Source of the DNA: an uncultured Clostridia bacterium
GTDB taxonomy: Bacteria > Bacillota > Clostridia > Christensenellales > UBA1242
DNA: 64,000 nucleotides
Reading direction: 5' to 3'
Assembly: GCA_944381185.1 (NCBI GenBank)
Contig: CALWKE010000002.1
Coordinates: forward strand, 2,050-66,049
Shown here: positions 10,066 to 17,876 of the stretch, in pieces
How the letters are laid out: each line of letters starts with the position of its first letter
Position numbering within the stretch: the stretch's first letter is position 1
Notes under the pieces: model-generated
What the model saw: the letters and a program-made list of their open reading frames with translations, nothing else
Told to the model about the DNA's origin: nothing
The model's database searches: none
Made by a program: the position numbers and the translations under genes

Positions 10066-10623
10066 ATGAGAAAGTTTTTTAAAGAATTTAAAGATTTTAT
10101 AAATAAGGGCAATGTTATTGATTTGGCTGTTGCTCTTGCAATAAGCACAGCATTCACTGCAATTGTTAATGCACTTGTCAACAGTGTTATCATGCCATTA
10201 GTCACTGCAATTTTTGGAAAGGTTGATGTGACGGATTTAAGTTTCACAATAAACAATTCAATTATTCCAGTAGGTGTGTTTGTTCAAGCGATTATTAACT
10301 TTTTAATGATAACTTTCTTCTTATTTTTGATTATTCGTGCAATTAATAAAACAAAATCTGTTGCTGAAAAAGAGAAGTCTAAAAAAGTAACAAAAGAAGA
10401 AAAGGAAGAAATTAAGGCACTTGGAACAGTTGACATGAAAGATAAAAAGGCAGTTTATGCAGCAGCTCTTGAACTTCGAAATCAAAAACAAGCAGAGAAA
10501 GAAGAGACAGAAGCAAAGGCTAAAGCAGAAGCAGAAACAACTGAAAATCTTTTAAAACAAATTCGCGATTTGCTTATTGAACAAAAATCAGTTAAAACAA
10601 AATCAAACAAAAAAGAAGACTAA
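10066..10623 (+). CDS. mscL: large-conductance mechanosensitive channel MscL (with extended charged C-terminus)
   Basis: MRKFFKEFKDFINKGNVIDLAVALAISTAF.. is the MscL N-terminal signature. ATG 10066 is preceded by GGAGG. The track ORF starts upstream at TTG 9997. Confidence 0.9.
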   Translation: MRKFFKEFKDFINKGNVIDLAVALAISTAFTAIVNALVNSVIMPLVTAIFGKVDVTDLSFTINNSIIPVGVFVQAIINFLMITFFLFLIIRAINKTKSVAEKEKSKKVTKEEKEEIKALGTVDMKDKKAVYAAALELRNQKQAEKEETEAKAKAEAETTENLLKQIRDLLIEQKSVKTKSNKKED

Positions 10624-10650
10624 AAATTAAATTTTTAAATTAAGAAAACA

Positions 10651-10688
10651 AAAAAGGAACTTTATTATTTTTGAAAAGTTCCTTTTTT
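10651..10688. terminator. bidirectional terminator (mscL / XRE gene)
   Basis: AAAAAGGAACTTT..10-nt loop..AAAAGTTCCTTTTTT: an 11-12 bp stem. Confidence 0.75.
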
Positions 10689-10711
10689 GTTGAATAAAAA
10701 ATAGCAAGATT

Positions 10712-11404
10712 TTAATCTTTTTTTATTTTCTTTAAGATGAGTTTATTAAGTTTGATAATTTTGCCCGAATTAATTAGCATTGCAAGAATTGGTGCAAGAA
10801 TTTGGTATCCAACGGCAATTAAAAATATATAAGAAATATCAGGATAATTAATAAACGAAATATAAAAACAAATAGTGATAAGCCAACCAAAAAGTGAAAG
10901 GGTAATTATATCAACTTTCTTTCGAACACAGCATAAAAATATGAATACACTAATGTCAATTACAGGTGTAATGTAAACAAAAATGTAAAATAGCGGAAAA
11001 CCTTTATAACCAACCATTGTTAAAACAAAATATGCAACGCAGGCAAGAAGAATAAATATTGCATCAACCAAAAGAAGCATATAGAGTTTCCATCTAAAAG
11101 GAACGGCTGCTTTGGTTTTAATTGCTTTTTTATTTTCAGTTGTAATTGGACTTGTCAATGTATCTAGTGAAACATTGAAGATTTTGGCTAATTTTTTTAA
11201 AGTAAAAATATCTGGAGTTGTTTCAGCAAGTTCCCATTTTGAGATATTTTTATTTGAATATTCAAGTTTTTTTGCAAGTTCAGTTTGTGACATATTCATT
11301 TTTTTTCTAAAAAAGGCAATGTTTTGAGCAATTATTTCTTTTTCGGTCATAGTGCTTGTTATGTCATCTTCAAAAATTTCTTCTTTTTCAGCAATATTAT
11401 CCAT
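10712..11404 (-). CDS. XRE-family HTH regulator fused to a 4-TM membrane domain
   Basis: HTH ..MSQTELAKKLEYSNKNISKWELAETTPDIFTLKKLAKIFNVSLD.. followed by hydrophobic helices. ATG 11404 (MDNIAEKEE) has GAGGAAA upstream. The track starts at GTG 11416. Confidence 0.8.
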   Translation of the reverse strand: MDNIAEKEEIFEDDITSTMTEKEIIAQNIAFFRKKMNMSQTELAKKLEYSNKNISKWELAETTPDIFTLKKLAKIFNVSLDTLTSPITTENKKAIKTKAAVPFRWKLYMLLLVDAIFILLACVAYFVLTMVGYKGFPLFYIFVYITPVIDISVFIFLCCVRKKVDIITLSLFGWLITICFYISFINYPDISYIFLIAVGYQILAPILAMLINSGKIIKLNKLILKKIKKD

Positions 11405-11479
11405 AAATTTCCTCACAAATATTAAAACTAGGCTAATTATATCATAAAATTTAGCAAAAATAAAGCATTTTATTAAATT

Positions 11480-11494
11480 TCGCTTTAAAAGCGA
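11480..11494. promoter_or_regulatory. 15-bp perfect palindrome, candidate operator between the XRE regulator and degV
   Basis: TCGCTTT-A-AAAGCGA in the 200-bp divergent intergenic region. A related half-site AGCGAT recurs about 35 nt downstream. Confidence 0.4.
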
Positions 11495-11618
11495 TTGTTA
11501 AAACAAATCAAGCGATAACCACAATAAAAGTGTAGATACGAATTTATAAAAATCAGTTTTTATTTAAAAATTTTCATAATATACTATCATTGTTAAAACT
11601 TTTTAGCGGGGTGAATTT

Positions 11619-12482
11619 ATGAAAGAAAAAATTAAAATAATAACAGACACAACAACAAGTCTTTCTCCTGAAGAATGTAAAAAGTTAGATTTAGATTATG
11701 TTGAAACAACTTATGTGGTTGATGGTGAAGAACATTCTGCCTATGATAATGAAAGTGAAACTCTTCCAATGTTTTATGAAAAACTTGATAATATAAAATC
11801 TTGCTCAACGGGGTGTGTTAATGTGCAGGCATTTGAAGATGTTTTCACAAAATGGATAAATCAAGGTTATAAAGTTATTTATACAGGTTTAAGTGCAGCA
11901 TTAAGTTCAACATATCAAAATGCAAAGATTGCAGCTGATAAAATTAATAATGAACATGGCAAAAAACTTGTTGTTACAATTGATAGCAGGTCGGCTAGTT
12001 ATGGCACACTTTGCCTTATTGATGAAATTAAAGAGTTGATTGAAAAAGAAAAATCTATTGAAGAAATTGAAAAACTTGTTGATGCTATGGCGCACAATAT
12101 GTCGGTTGCTTTTGTTTGTCGAGATCTGTCATTTTTGCATAAAAGTGGAAGAATAAGTTTGCTTTCTGCGGGGCTTGGAAAACTTTTGCATGTTGTTCCA
12201 ATTGTTTATGTCAGCAAAGAAGATGCAAAACTTCGAGTTGGTGATAAATGCTTGGGCTCAAAACTTGCGTTCAAAACCTTGAAAAATAGATTTATTAATT
12301 TTATAAAAGAGAAAAAACATAAAAGATGTTATATAACAAGTTGCAATTTGCCAAATGAAGTTGAAGAACTAAAAAAGGCAATAATTGAAAACACAGATAT
12401 AAAAGAAGTCAAAACGGGACTTATTGATAAGACTCTTGCATGTTGCTGTGGTCCAAAAACAATCGCTATTTTCTGTGGTTAA
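11619..12482 (+). CDS. DegV family fatty-acid-binding protein
   Basis: 287 aa. KIKIITDTTTSL.., ..SAALSSTYQNA.. and ..LHKSGRISL.. are DegV motifs. Second paralogue in the window. Confidence 0.9.
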   Translation: MKEKIKIITDTTTSLSPEECKKLDLDYVETTYVVDGEEHSAYDNESETLPMFYEKLDNIKSCSTGCVNVQAFEDVFTKWINQGYKVIYTGLSAALSSTYQNAKIAADKINNEHGKKLVVTIDSRSASYGTLCLIDEIKELIEKEKSIEEIEKLVDAMAHNMSVAFVCRDLSFLHKSGRISLLSAGLGKLLHVVPIVYVSKEDAKLRVGDKCLGSKLAFKTLKNRFINFIKEKKHKRCYITSCNLPNEVEELKKAIIENTDIKEVKTGLIDKTLACCCGPKTIAIFCG

Positions 12483-12534
12483 ATATTTTAGTTATAATAA
12501 TATAACTATAATATAATTTTTATTTAATAAATCA

Positions 12535-12564
12535 CCACCAGTTCTGCTGGTGGATTTTTATTTT
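12535..12564 (+). terminator. rho-independent terminator after degV
   Basis: CCACCAG-TTCTG-CTGGTGG followed by ATTTTTATTTT. Confidence 0.8.
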
Positions 12565-12615
12565 AAAATATTTTTAGATTTTTGTCAGGGGTTCATAACA
12601 ATTTTGATTTTTACT

Positions 12616-12624
12616 TGCTATAAT
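12616..12624 (+). promoter_or_regulatory. extended -10 promoter element in a long intergenic region
   Basis: TGCTATAAT (TGnTATAAT), about 170 nt upstream of the lipoprotein ATG, immediately followed by a G-rich tract. Confidence 0.4.
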
Positions 12625-12791
12625 AAGTGTGAGCACGGGGGCGGGGTTAATTGTTAAGAAGGGGGAATAAATTTAATTTTTTTAACAACTATTTTTCTTT
12701 GAAACAAAATGTTGTTTTTAAAAATTTTGCATAATTTTGGCTTTATTTGCAGAAACTTTATACTATAGGGTAAATAAAAGGAGGTAAAAAA

Positions 12792-13310
12792 ATGAAAATA
12801 AGGTCAAAATCTCTAAAGCGGGCATTTACTTTAGTTATAACGATGTTTGCAGTTTTGTTCAGTGGTTTAGTTCTTACTGCCTGCGGTGGCAAAAAAGAGC
12901 AACAAACTGAAACAAATGTTCGTTCTACTTACGTGTTTGAAACAACTATGCCATCTAAATTAACGGTTGGCGAAATTTACAATTTTGATGTAACATTAAA
13001 AGCGGATAAAGTTGGAAACAAAGGTTATGACCATGTAAGAATTTTGCTTGAAATTGACAATACTGAAAATCTTGAAATTGTTGCTGTTACTGATGAGGGT
13101 CATGAAATTGATATTGGTTTAATAGGGGCATGGGGACCTGAAGGTGGTTTTGCATTGTCGCCTAATTATAACGAAACAACATCAGTTAAACTCAAAATAA
13201 AAACAGCGGGCACATTTAATGTTACAATGAAACTTGTTGATCTTGATAATAATAACGCAGTTATCATTGAAGATAAAGACACATATGTTGTTTCAAATGC
13301 TTCTGTTTAA
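12792..13310 (+). CDS. lipoprotein, unknown function
   Basis: Signal peptide with lipobox LVLTAC GGK. 172 aa. AAGGAGG SD upstream. Confidence 0.7.
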   Translation: MKIRSKSLKRAFTLVITMFAVLFSGLVLTACGGKKEQQTETNVRSTYVFETTMPSKLTVGEIYNFDVTLKADKVGNKGYDHVRILLEIDNTENLEIVAVTDEGHEIDIGLIGAWGPEGGFALSPNYNETTSVKLKIKTAGTFNVTMKLVDLDNNNAVIIEDKDTYVVSNASV

Positions 13311-13344
13311 AATATTTTTATTGAAATTGAAATAGTTTGTAAAA

Positions 13345-13379
13345 ACAAAAAATCTCACAACTCAATGTGAGATTTTTTT
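13345..13379. terminator. bidirectional terminator shared by the lipoprotein gene (+) and tRNA-Lys (-)
   Basis: AAAAAAATCTCACA-ACTCAA-TGTGAGATTTTTTT: an 8-bp stem abutting the tRNA 3' CCA. Confidence 0.8.
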
Positions 13380-13454
13380 GGTGGGCGATCAGGGACTCGA
13401 ACCCTGGACCTTATGATTAAGAGTCATCTGCTCTACCAACTGAGCTAATCGCCC
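13379..13454 (-). tRNA. tRNA-Lys (anticodon CUU)
   Basis: The reverse complement GGGCGATTAGCTCAGTTGGTAGAGCAGATGACTCTTAATCATAAGGTCCAGGGTTCGAGTCCCTGATCGCCCACCA folds as a cloverleaf. It has a 7-bp acceptor stem, GCTC/GAGC D stem, CTCTTAA anticodon loop, GGTTCGAGTCC T arm and an encoded CCA. Confidence 0.93.
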
Positions 13455-13471
13455 ATATAGACAACAAAAAT

Positions 13472-13499
13472 ATTATAGCACATATATAAAAAAAATCAA
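13472..13499 (-). promoter_or_regulatory. sigma-A type promoter for tRNA-Lys
   Basis: The minus strand reads TTGATT-16 nt-(TGc)TATAAT, about 17 nt upstream of the mature tRNA 5' end. Confidence 0.65.
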
Positions 13500-13592
13500 C
13501 TAAAATTTTAAATTTGTTAAAAATTAAATTTTCTTTTTATAAAACTTGTTAAAATTTATGTAATTTGCTATAATCATTTTGAGGTATTACAA

Positions 13593-14081
13593 ATGAGTGA
13601 AAAAAGTAGTGCAAAAAGCAATGATATCAGAGATAAGATTGCTCTAGTTTTAAGAATAGTTGCCTTTGTTCTCTATGCTTTTGCAATAATTTTATTTATA
13701 GTAGGGTTCATTAATGCATTTGGCGATATTGCTGGCTTTGGTGGGAATGATTTTGAGTTAGATGATTTTAATGAAAACATTGTTGGCTTTGGTTCAATTA
13801 TTAATAAAATTGTGTCTTATATTGCAACTGCTTTTACTTGTTCTGTTTGTGGTTCAATTTTGCTTATTATTTCAAACAGTCTTAAATTTAAAGTAAAAAA
13901 GGATATGATTGAGAGTAAAAATAATAATGCAACTGAATCATTAAATGACGGCAAACCAAATGATGAAAAATCTAAAAAGTATAGAATTATTTGTGCGTAC
14001 TGTGGGTCGGAACTTGACCTTGATGATAAAAAATGTCCGAATTGCGGAGCCTCAAAAAAAATTCAAAAGAAAATTAAATAA
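13593..14081 (+). CDS. membrane protein with C-terminal zinc-ribbon
   Basis: 162 aa, two TM segments, C-terminal CAYCGSEL..x..CPNCGA (CxxC...CxxC). Confidence 0.6.
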   Translation: MSEKSSAKSNDIRDKIALVLRIVAFVLYAFAIILFIVGFINAFGDIAGFGGNDFELDDFNENIVGFGSIINKIVSYIATAFTCSVCGSILLIISNSLKFKVKKDMIESKNNNATESLNDGKPNDEKSKKYRIICAYCGSELDLDDKKCPNCGASKKIQKKIK

Positions 14082-14108
14082 TAAATAACTTGCATAGTGG
14101 AGGAAATT

Positions 14109-15695
14109 ATGTCAGAAAAATTTTATATAACAACGCCAATTTATTATCCAAGCAGAAAGTTTACACTTGGAAATTGTTACACAACTGTTATTTGCGATGC
14201 AGTTGCAAGATTTAATAAACTTCTGGGCAAAGATGTTTTTTTTATGACAGGCACTGATGAGCATGGTCAAAAGATTGCTCAAGCGGCAAAGAATGCAAAT
14301 AAAACAGAAATGGAGTATTTGGATGAAATTATTGCTGATGCAAAAAGCCTTTGGAAACTTTTAAATATTGATTATGACAAGTTTATAAGAACAACTGATG
14401 ATTATCATGTTAAATCAGTTCAAAAGATTTTTAGAGAGCTTTATGATAAAGGCTATATTTACAAATCTAAATATAAGGGCAAGTATTGCGTGCCTTGTGA
14501 GTCGTTTTGGACAGAGTCACAACTCGTTGATGGAAAGTGCCCAGATTGTCATCGTGATGTTATTGATCAAGAAGAGGAAGCATATTTCTTTAAACTTTCA
14601 GAGTTTGGTGATAAACTTTTGAAACTTTATAAAGATAATCCAGAATTTTTAAAGCCAGAGTCAAGAGTTAATGAAATGATTACAAATTTCATAAAGCCGG
14701 GGCTTGATGACCTTTGTGTTACAAGAACAAGTGTAAAGTGGGGCATTCCTGTTGATTTTGACCCAAAGCATACAATTTATGTTTGGATTGACGCACTCAC
14801 AAACTATATCACTGGGCTTGGTTATGGAACAGAAGATGATTCACTTTATAAAAATTATTGGCCAGCAGATGTTCATGTTATTGGCAAGGAAATTGTTCGT
14901 TTTCACGCAATAATTTGGCCAGCAATATTAATGGCATTAGATATTCCGCTTCCAAAGCGAGTTTTTGGTCATGGTTGGCTTCTTTTTGGTGGTGACAAAC
15001 TTTCAAAGAGCAAAACCACAGGCACGGCTGAATGTGTTGACCCTAGAATTTTAGCACCAAGATACACCGCTGATGCTGTTAGATATATTTTGCTTCGTGA
15101 AATTCCATTTGGTTCAGATGGAAATTATACAACAGAATTATTTTTAAATCATATAAACAGCGACCTTGCAAATAACTACGGCAATTTGGTTTCACGAACA
15201 TTTTCAATGCTTAAAAAATATAGAAATAGTATTGTTCCAAAATTTGAAGAGCCAGTTGAAGAAATTGATAAAGATTTATTTGAAACCATAACAAAATCAG
15301 CAAATGATGCAAAAAAATATATTGAATCCAATTTTGATGTTTCAAAGGCACTTGCAAGCATTTTTGATATTTTTTCAAAGGCAAATAAGTATATTGAAGT
15401 AACTGAACCATATCGTTTGGCTAAAGACGAAGCAAAAGCAGATAGGCTTGATGCAGTTTTAAGAAATTTGCTTGAGGCAATCAAGGCGGGAACAATTCTG
15501 CTTTCAGCATTCTTGCCAGATTGCTCAAAAAAAGTTTTAGATGCACTTCACTTAAAAAATGTTAAGTTTAAAGATGTTTTAAATAATGATTTGCTTTTAA
15601 CTGGTGAAATGGTTGATGAACTTGGAATATTATTTCCAAGACTTGATGTTCAAAAAGAACTTGAAGAACTTTCAAAAATTGCTGAAGGAAAATAA
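14109..15695 (+). CDS. metG: methionine--tRNA ligase (short form, no C-terminal EMAPII/Trbp domain)
   Basis: Collinear with MetRS: FYITTPIYYPS.., a 4-Cys zinc knuckle CVPCE..CPDCH, and KMSKS as KLSKS. ATG 14109 follows GGAGG. The HIGH position reads TLGN (see findings). Confidence 0.93.
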   Translation: MSEKFYITTPIYYPSRKFTLGNCYTTVICDAVARFNKLLGKDVFFMTGTDEHGQKIAQAAKNANKTEMEYLDEIIADAKSLWKLLNIDYDKFIRTTDDYHVKSVQKIFRELYDKGYIYKSKYKGKYCVPCESFWTESQLVDGKCPDCHRDVIDQEEEAYFFKLSEFGDKLLKLYKDNPEFLKPESRVNEMITNFIKPGLDDLCVTRTSVKWGIPVDFDPKHTIYVWIDALTNYITGLGYGTEDDSLYKNYWPADVHVIGKEIVRFHAIIWPAILMALDIPLPKRVFGHGWLLFGGDKLSKSKTTGTAECVDPRILAPRYTADAVRYILLREIPFGSDGNYTTELFLNHINSDLANNYGNLVSRTFSMLKKYRNSIVPKFEEPVEEIDKDLFETITKSANDAKKYIESNFDVSKALASIFDIFSKANKYIEVTEPYRLAKDEAKADRLDAVLRNLLEAIKAGTILLSAFLPDCSKKVLDALHLKNVKFKDVLNNDLLLTGEMVDELGILFPRLDVQKELEELSKIAEGK

Positions 15696-15712
15696 GTGTA
15701 AAAATAAATTTA

Positions 15713-15738
15713 AGCATTGCGTTTCGCAATGCTTTTTC
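15713..15738 (+). terminator. rho-independent terminator after metG
   Basis: AGCATTGCG-TTT-CGCAATGCT followed by TTTTCTTT. Confidence 0.8.
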
Positions 15739-15763
15739 TTTGCATAAAATAAATTGAGGTGAT

Positions 15764-16825
15764 ATTATTTCAGTTTTAGAAATTAACTTAAAAGCAATAA
15801 AAAGTAATTTTGAATTAGTTAAAAACAAAATAAAGGTAGGTCAAAAAATTTGTGTTGTGGTCAAGGCAAATGCTTATGGTTTTGGAGCAAAAGAAGTTGT
15901 GAAAACCCTTCAAAAAGATGCAGATTATTTTGCCGTGTCGTCAGCCTATGAGTATTTTGAGATTAACAAACTCACAAGTAAACCAATTTTAATTTTAGAC
16001 CCAATTTATGATGAGAATGAATTAAAAAAACTTATTGGGGTTGGGGCTGAACTTTCAGTTTGTAATTTGTTTGGTTTGGAAAAAATTATTGAAGTGAGTT
16101 CAAAATTAAACAAAAAAGCAAAGGTTCATATTGCAATCAACACTGGTATGAACAGATTTGGATTTAAAGAAAAAAGAGAATTTGTTAAGTTGTTGAATAC
16201 TGTCAAAAAAACGCAAAATTTATGTGTTTTAGGTGTATTTTCACACTATTTTCAAGCAAATAATAAAAATTTTGCAAATTTGCAGTATAATAAATTTAAT
16301 GATATAAAATTATTTTTTGATCAAAACTTACCAGAAATTAAACTTTTTCATCTTGCAAATTCTGATGGATTAGAATATAAAAATGGATTTGATATGGTTA
16401 GAGTTGGCATGGCTCTTTACACTGACAAAGAATTTCAAACGGTTTCTCTTTCAACTAAAATTGTTGATGTGCAAAACTTATCTAAAGGAGAAGTTGCAGG
16501 TTATGATGCAGTTTTTAAAGCAACAAAAAGTGTAAAACTCGCAAGTATTCAAATAGGCTATGGAGATGGAATTTTTAGGAATATCGCTGGCAGAGGATAT
16601 GTTTTAATAAACGGAAAATTTTCTAAAATTGTTGCAGTTTGTATGGATTCTATGATTGTTGATATAACCGAGATTGATGCAAAAATTGGTGATGAAGTAA
16701 CTGTTATTGGTAAAAATGGAGACAATCAAATTTTTATTTGTGATGTTGCATCATGGTGTGATACAATAGATTATGAAATTATAATTGGGCTTGCTGAACG
16801 AGTTGAAAGAAGATACATAAGTTGA
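15764..16825 (+). CDS. alr: alanine racemase (probable non-canonical ATT start)
   Basis: PLP-lysine motif VVKANAYG and collinear Alr sequence. The track ORF starts at GTG 15857, right at that motif. The 31 in-frame codons upstream encode an Alr-like N-terminus (IISVLEINLKAIKSNFELVKNKIKVGQKICV) with GAGGTG just before two ATT codons. Confidence 0.85.
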   Translation: MISVLEINLKAIKSNFELVKNKIKVGQKICVVVKANAYGFGAKEVVKTLQKDADYFAVSSAYEYFEINKLTSKPILILDPIYDENELKKLIGVGAELSVCNLFGLEKIIEVSSKLNKKAKVHIAINTGMNRFGFKEKREFVKLLNTVKKTQNLCVLGVFSHYFQANNKNFANLQYNKFNDIKLFFDQNLPEIKLFHLANSDGLEYKNGFDMVRVGMALYTDKEFQTVSLSTKIVDVQNLSKGEVAGYDAVFKATKSVKLASIQIGYGDGIFRNIAGRGYVLINGKFSKIVAVCMDSMIVDITEIDAKIGDEVTVIGKNGDNQIFICDVASWCDTIDYEIIIGLAERVERRYIS

Positions 16826-16833
16826 GGTTTTTT

Positions 16834-17382
16834 ATGCAAATTATTACAGGCAAATACAGAGCAAGAAAACTTGATGCCGTTCGTGGCGACACAACAAGAC
16901 CAACTCTTGCAAGGGTAAAAGAATCAATTTTTAATTTACTTTCAGTGGGTTATTCAAATCTTATTGTTCTTGACCTTTTTGCAGGAAGTGGTGCTTATGG
17001 CATTGAATGCATCAGTCGTGGTGCAAAAAAAGTTATTTTTGTTGACAGAGAAAAAGAGGCTGTTAGAACAATTACTAATAACACCAGAAATATGAATGAT
17101 GATTTTGAAATTATTCATTCGGATTATGAAAAGGCATTAAATAATTTTGCTGAAAAAAAATTAAAGTTTGATTTGGTGTTTCTTGACCCGCCTTATAAAA
17201 GCAGTTATTTGCAAAAATCTCTTGAATTATTACATTTGCTTAAATTACTAAAAAAAGGTGCAATTATTGTGTGTGAACACGAGTTTGAAAATGATTTGCA
17301 AAGTTTGCCAAATTGTTATATAATAGAGAAGTCAAGAAAATATGGCATTGCCTATGTTGACATAATTGTTTTTAATGGGTAA
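16834..17382 (+). CDS. rsmD: 16S rRNA (guanine966-N2)-methyltransferase RsmD
   Basis: MQIITGKYRARKL..RPT..., SAM motif DLFAGSGAYGIE and the DPPY motif (FLDPPYKS). Confidence 0.9.
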   Translation: MQIITGKYRARKLDAVRGDTTRPTLARVKESIFNLLSVGYSNLIVLDLFAGSGAYGIECISRGAKKVIFVDREKEAVRTITNNTRNMNDDFEIIHSDYEKALNNFAEKKLKFDLVFLDPPYKSSYLQKSLELLHLLKLLKKGAIIVCEHEFENDLQSLPNCYIIEKSRKYGIAYVDIIVFNG

Positions 17383-17387
17383 AGATT

Positions 17388-17876
17388 ATGGATATTGTTC
17401 AAATTATTGATGAACTTGAGCAAGAGTTTGCAAATTCAAAAAACTTTTTGTGGAGCAAAAAAACTCTTGTTGATATGGAAAAATGTGCTTCTCTTATTGC
17501 AGAGCTTAAAGCAAGTTTGCCATCTGCAATTCAAGAGGCAAGCTATGTGCTTTCAAAAAAAGACCAAATTTTAAATAAAGCAAATTCCGATGCTAAAAAA
17601 ACTATTGCTGAAGCTGAATTTCGAGCCGAGCAACTTGTGAGTTCGTCAGAAATTTTTAAAAAGAGTGAACAAGAAGCAAGTGAAATGATTGAAAAAGCTA
17701 ATAGAAAATGTGCTGAACTTTATGCAGTTACTAAAGATAATGTTGACAAGATGCTTAAATCTGTTGAAACATATTTAGACCAAAATTTAAATGTGATTAG
17801 AAGAAATCGTGATGAACTTGAAAAAGCAATTAACAATATTAAAGTTTCAGTTATTTCAGATGAACATGACAACTAA
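17388..17876 (+). CDS. coiled-coil protein, unknown function
   Basis: 162 aa, predicted all-helical and rich in E/K/A. Starts 6 nt after rsmD. Occupies the slot where coaD lies in the Bacillus ylb cluster but is not a CoaD homologue. Confidence 0.6.
   Translation: MDIVQIIDELEQEFANSKNFLWSKKTLVDMEKCASLIAELKASLPSAIQEASYVLSKKDQILNKANSDAKKTIAEAEFRAEQLVSSSEIFKKSEQEASEMIEKANRKCAELYAVTKDNVDKMLKSVETYLDQNLNVIRRNRDELEKAINNIKVSVISDEHDN

Noticed and set aside
12630-12668. G-quadruplex in the G-rich island (GGGGGCGGGG...GGGGG)
   Set aside because: Only three G-runs of 3 or more are present, with a 17-nt gap before the third. A canonical four-tract quadruplex cannot form, so it is reported only as a compositional oddity.
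15857-16825. alr being a 5'-truncated pseudogene
   Set aside because: The upstream in-frame sequence still encodes a conserved Alr N-terminus with no stops or frameshifts, and it has an SD. Non-canonical initiation is the more economical explanation.
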